NCBI RefSeq assembly: GCF_036321535.1
Contig: NC_087437.1
Span: 90,212,001 to 90,276,000 of the forward strand
Direction of reading: 5' to 3'
DNA length: 64,000 nt
DNA from: Camelus dromedarius
Taxonomy: Eukaryota
The notes under the pieces were generated by a model that was given only the letters and a program-made list of their open reading frames with translations, did no database searches and was not told the origin of the DNA. Positions 63,923 through 64,000 of the stretch are shown piece by piece. The position numbers and the translations under genes are program-made. Every line of letters starts with the position of its first letter. Position 1 is the first letter of the stretch.

Positions 63923-64000
63923 TGGATAATGTGGCAGTTCATAGGGCTATGTGAGAGAAACTTCAGAAGGCAATTGCTCTGCATGTAACTCAAGAAGATT

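Noticed and set aside
1..64000. CRISPR array, prokaryotic operon, numt or intact ERV/viral ORFs
   Set aside because: No regularly spaced repeat-spacer structure, no long ORFs, and no mitochondrial or gag/pol/env similarity seen.

Overview
This is AT-rich, CpG-poor mammalian genomic DNA with no recognisable protein-coding gene, rRNA, functional tRNA or CRISPR array. The listed ORFs are chance ORFs or decayed L1/L2 remnants. The only young SINE is a tRNA-derived element of the camelid type (Vic-1-like). Together with cetartiodactyl-type L1 3' ends and no Alu, Bov-A/tA, PRE1 or Can-SINE, this points to a camelid genome (camel, alpaca or llama; inference). The repeats comprise LTRs (MER21, MLT1, LTR33, and a MER41-like ERV1 solo LTR), DNA transposons (MER20, MER63, MER8), three younger L1 3' fragments (one with a twin-priming 5' inversion), old L1M/HAL1, L2, CR1/L3 and many MIR fragments. 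The younger L1s and most LTRs lie on + while several strong splice signals lie on -, which suggests, without proving it, a long intron of a minus-strand transcript. I found no well-supported novel biological system. The best leads are three candidate minus-strand exons or micro-exons, an unexplained 168-nt insert with H/ACA-snoRNA-like hints inside a MIR, a TA-flanked inverted-repeat element with a perfect hairpin, and an octamer-rich palindromic stretch. Repeat family names come from recalled consensus sequences, and boundaries of old repeats are approximate.
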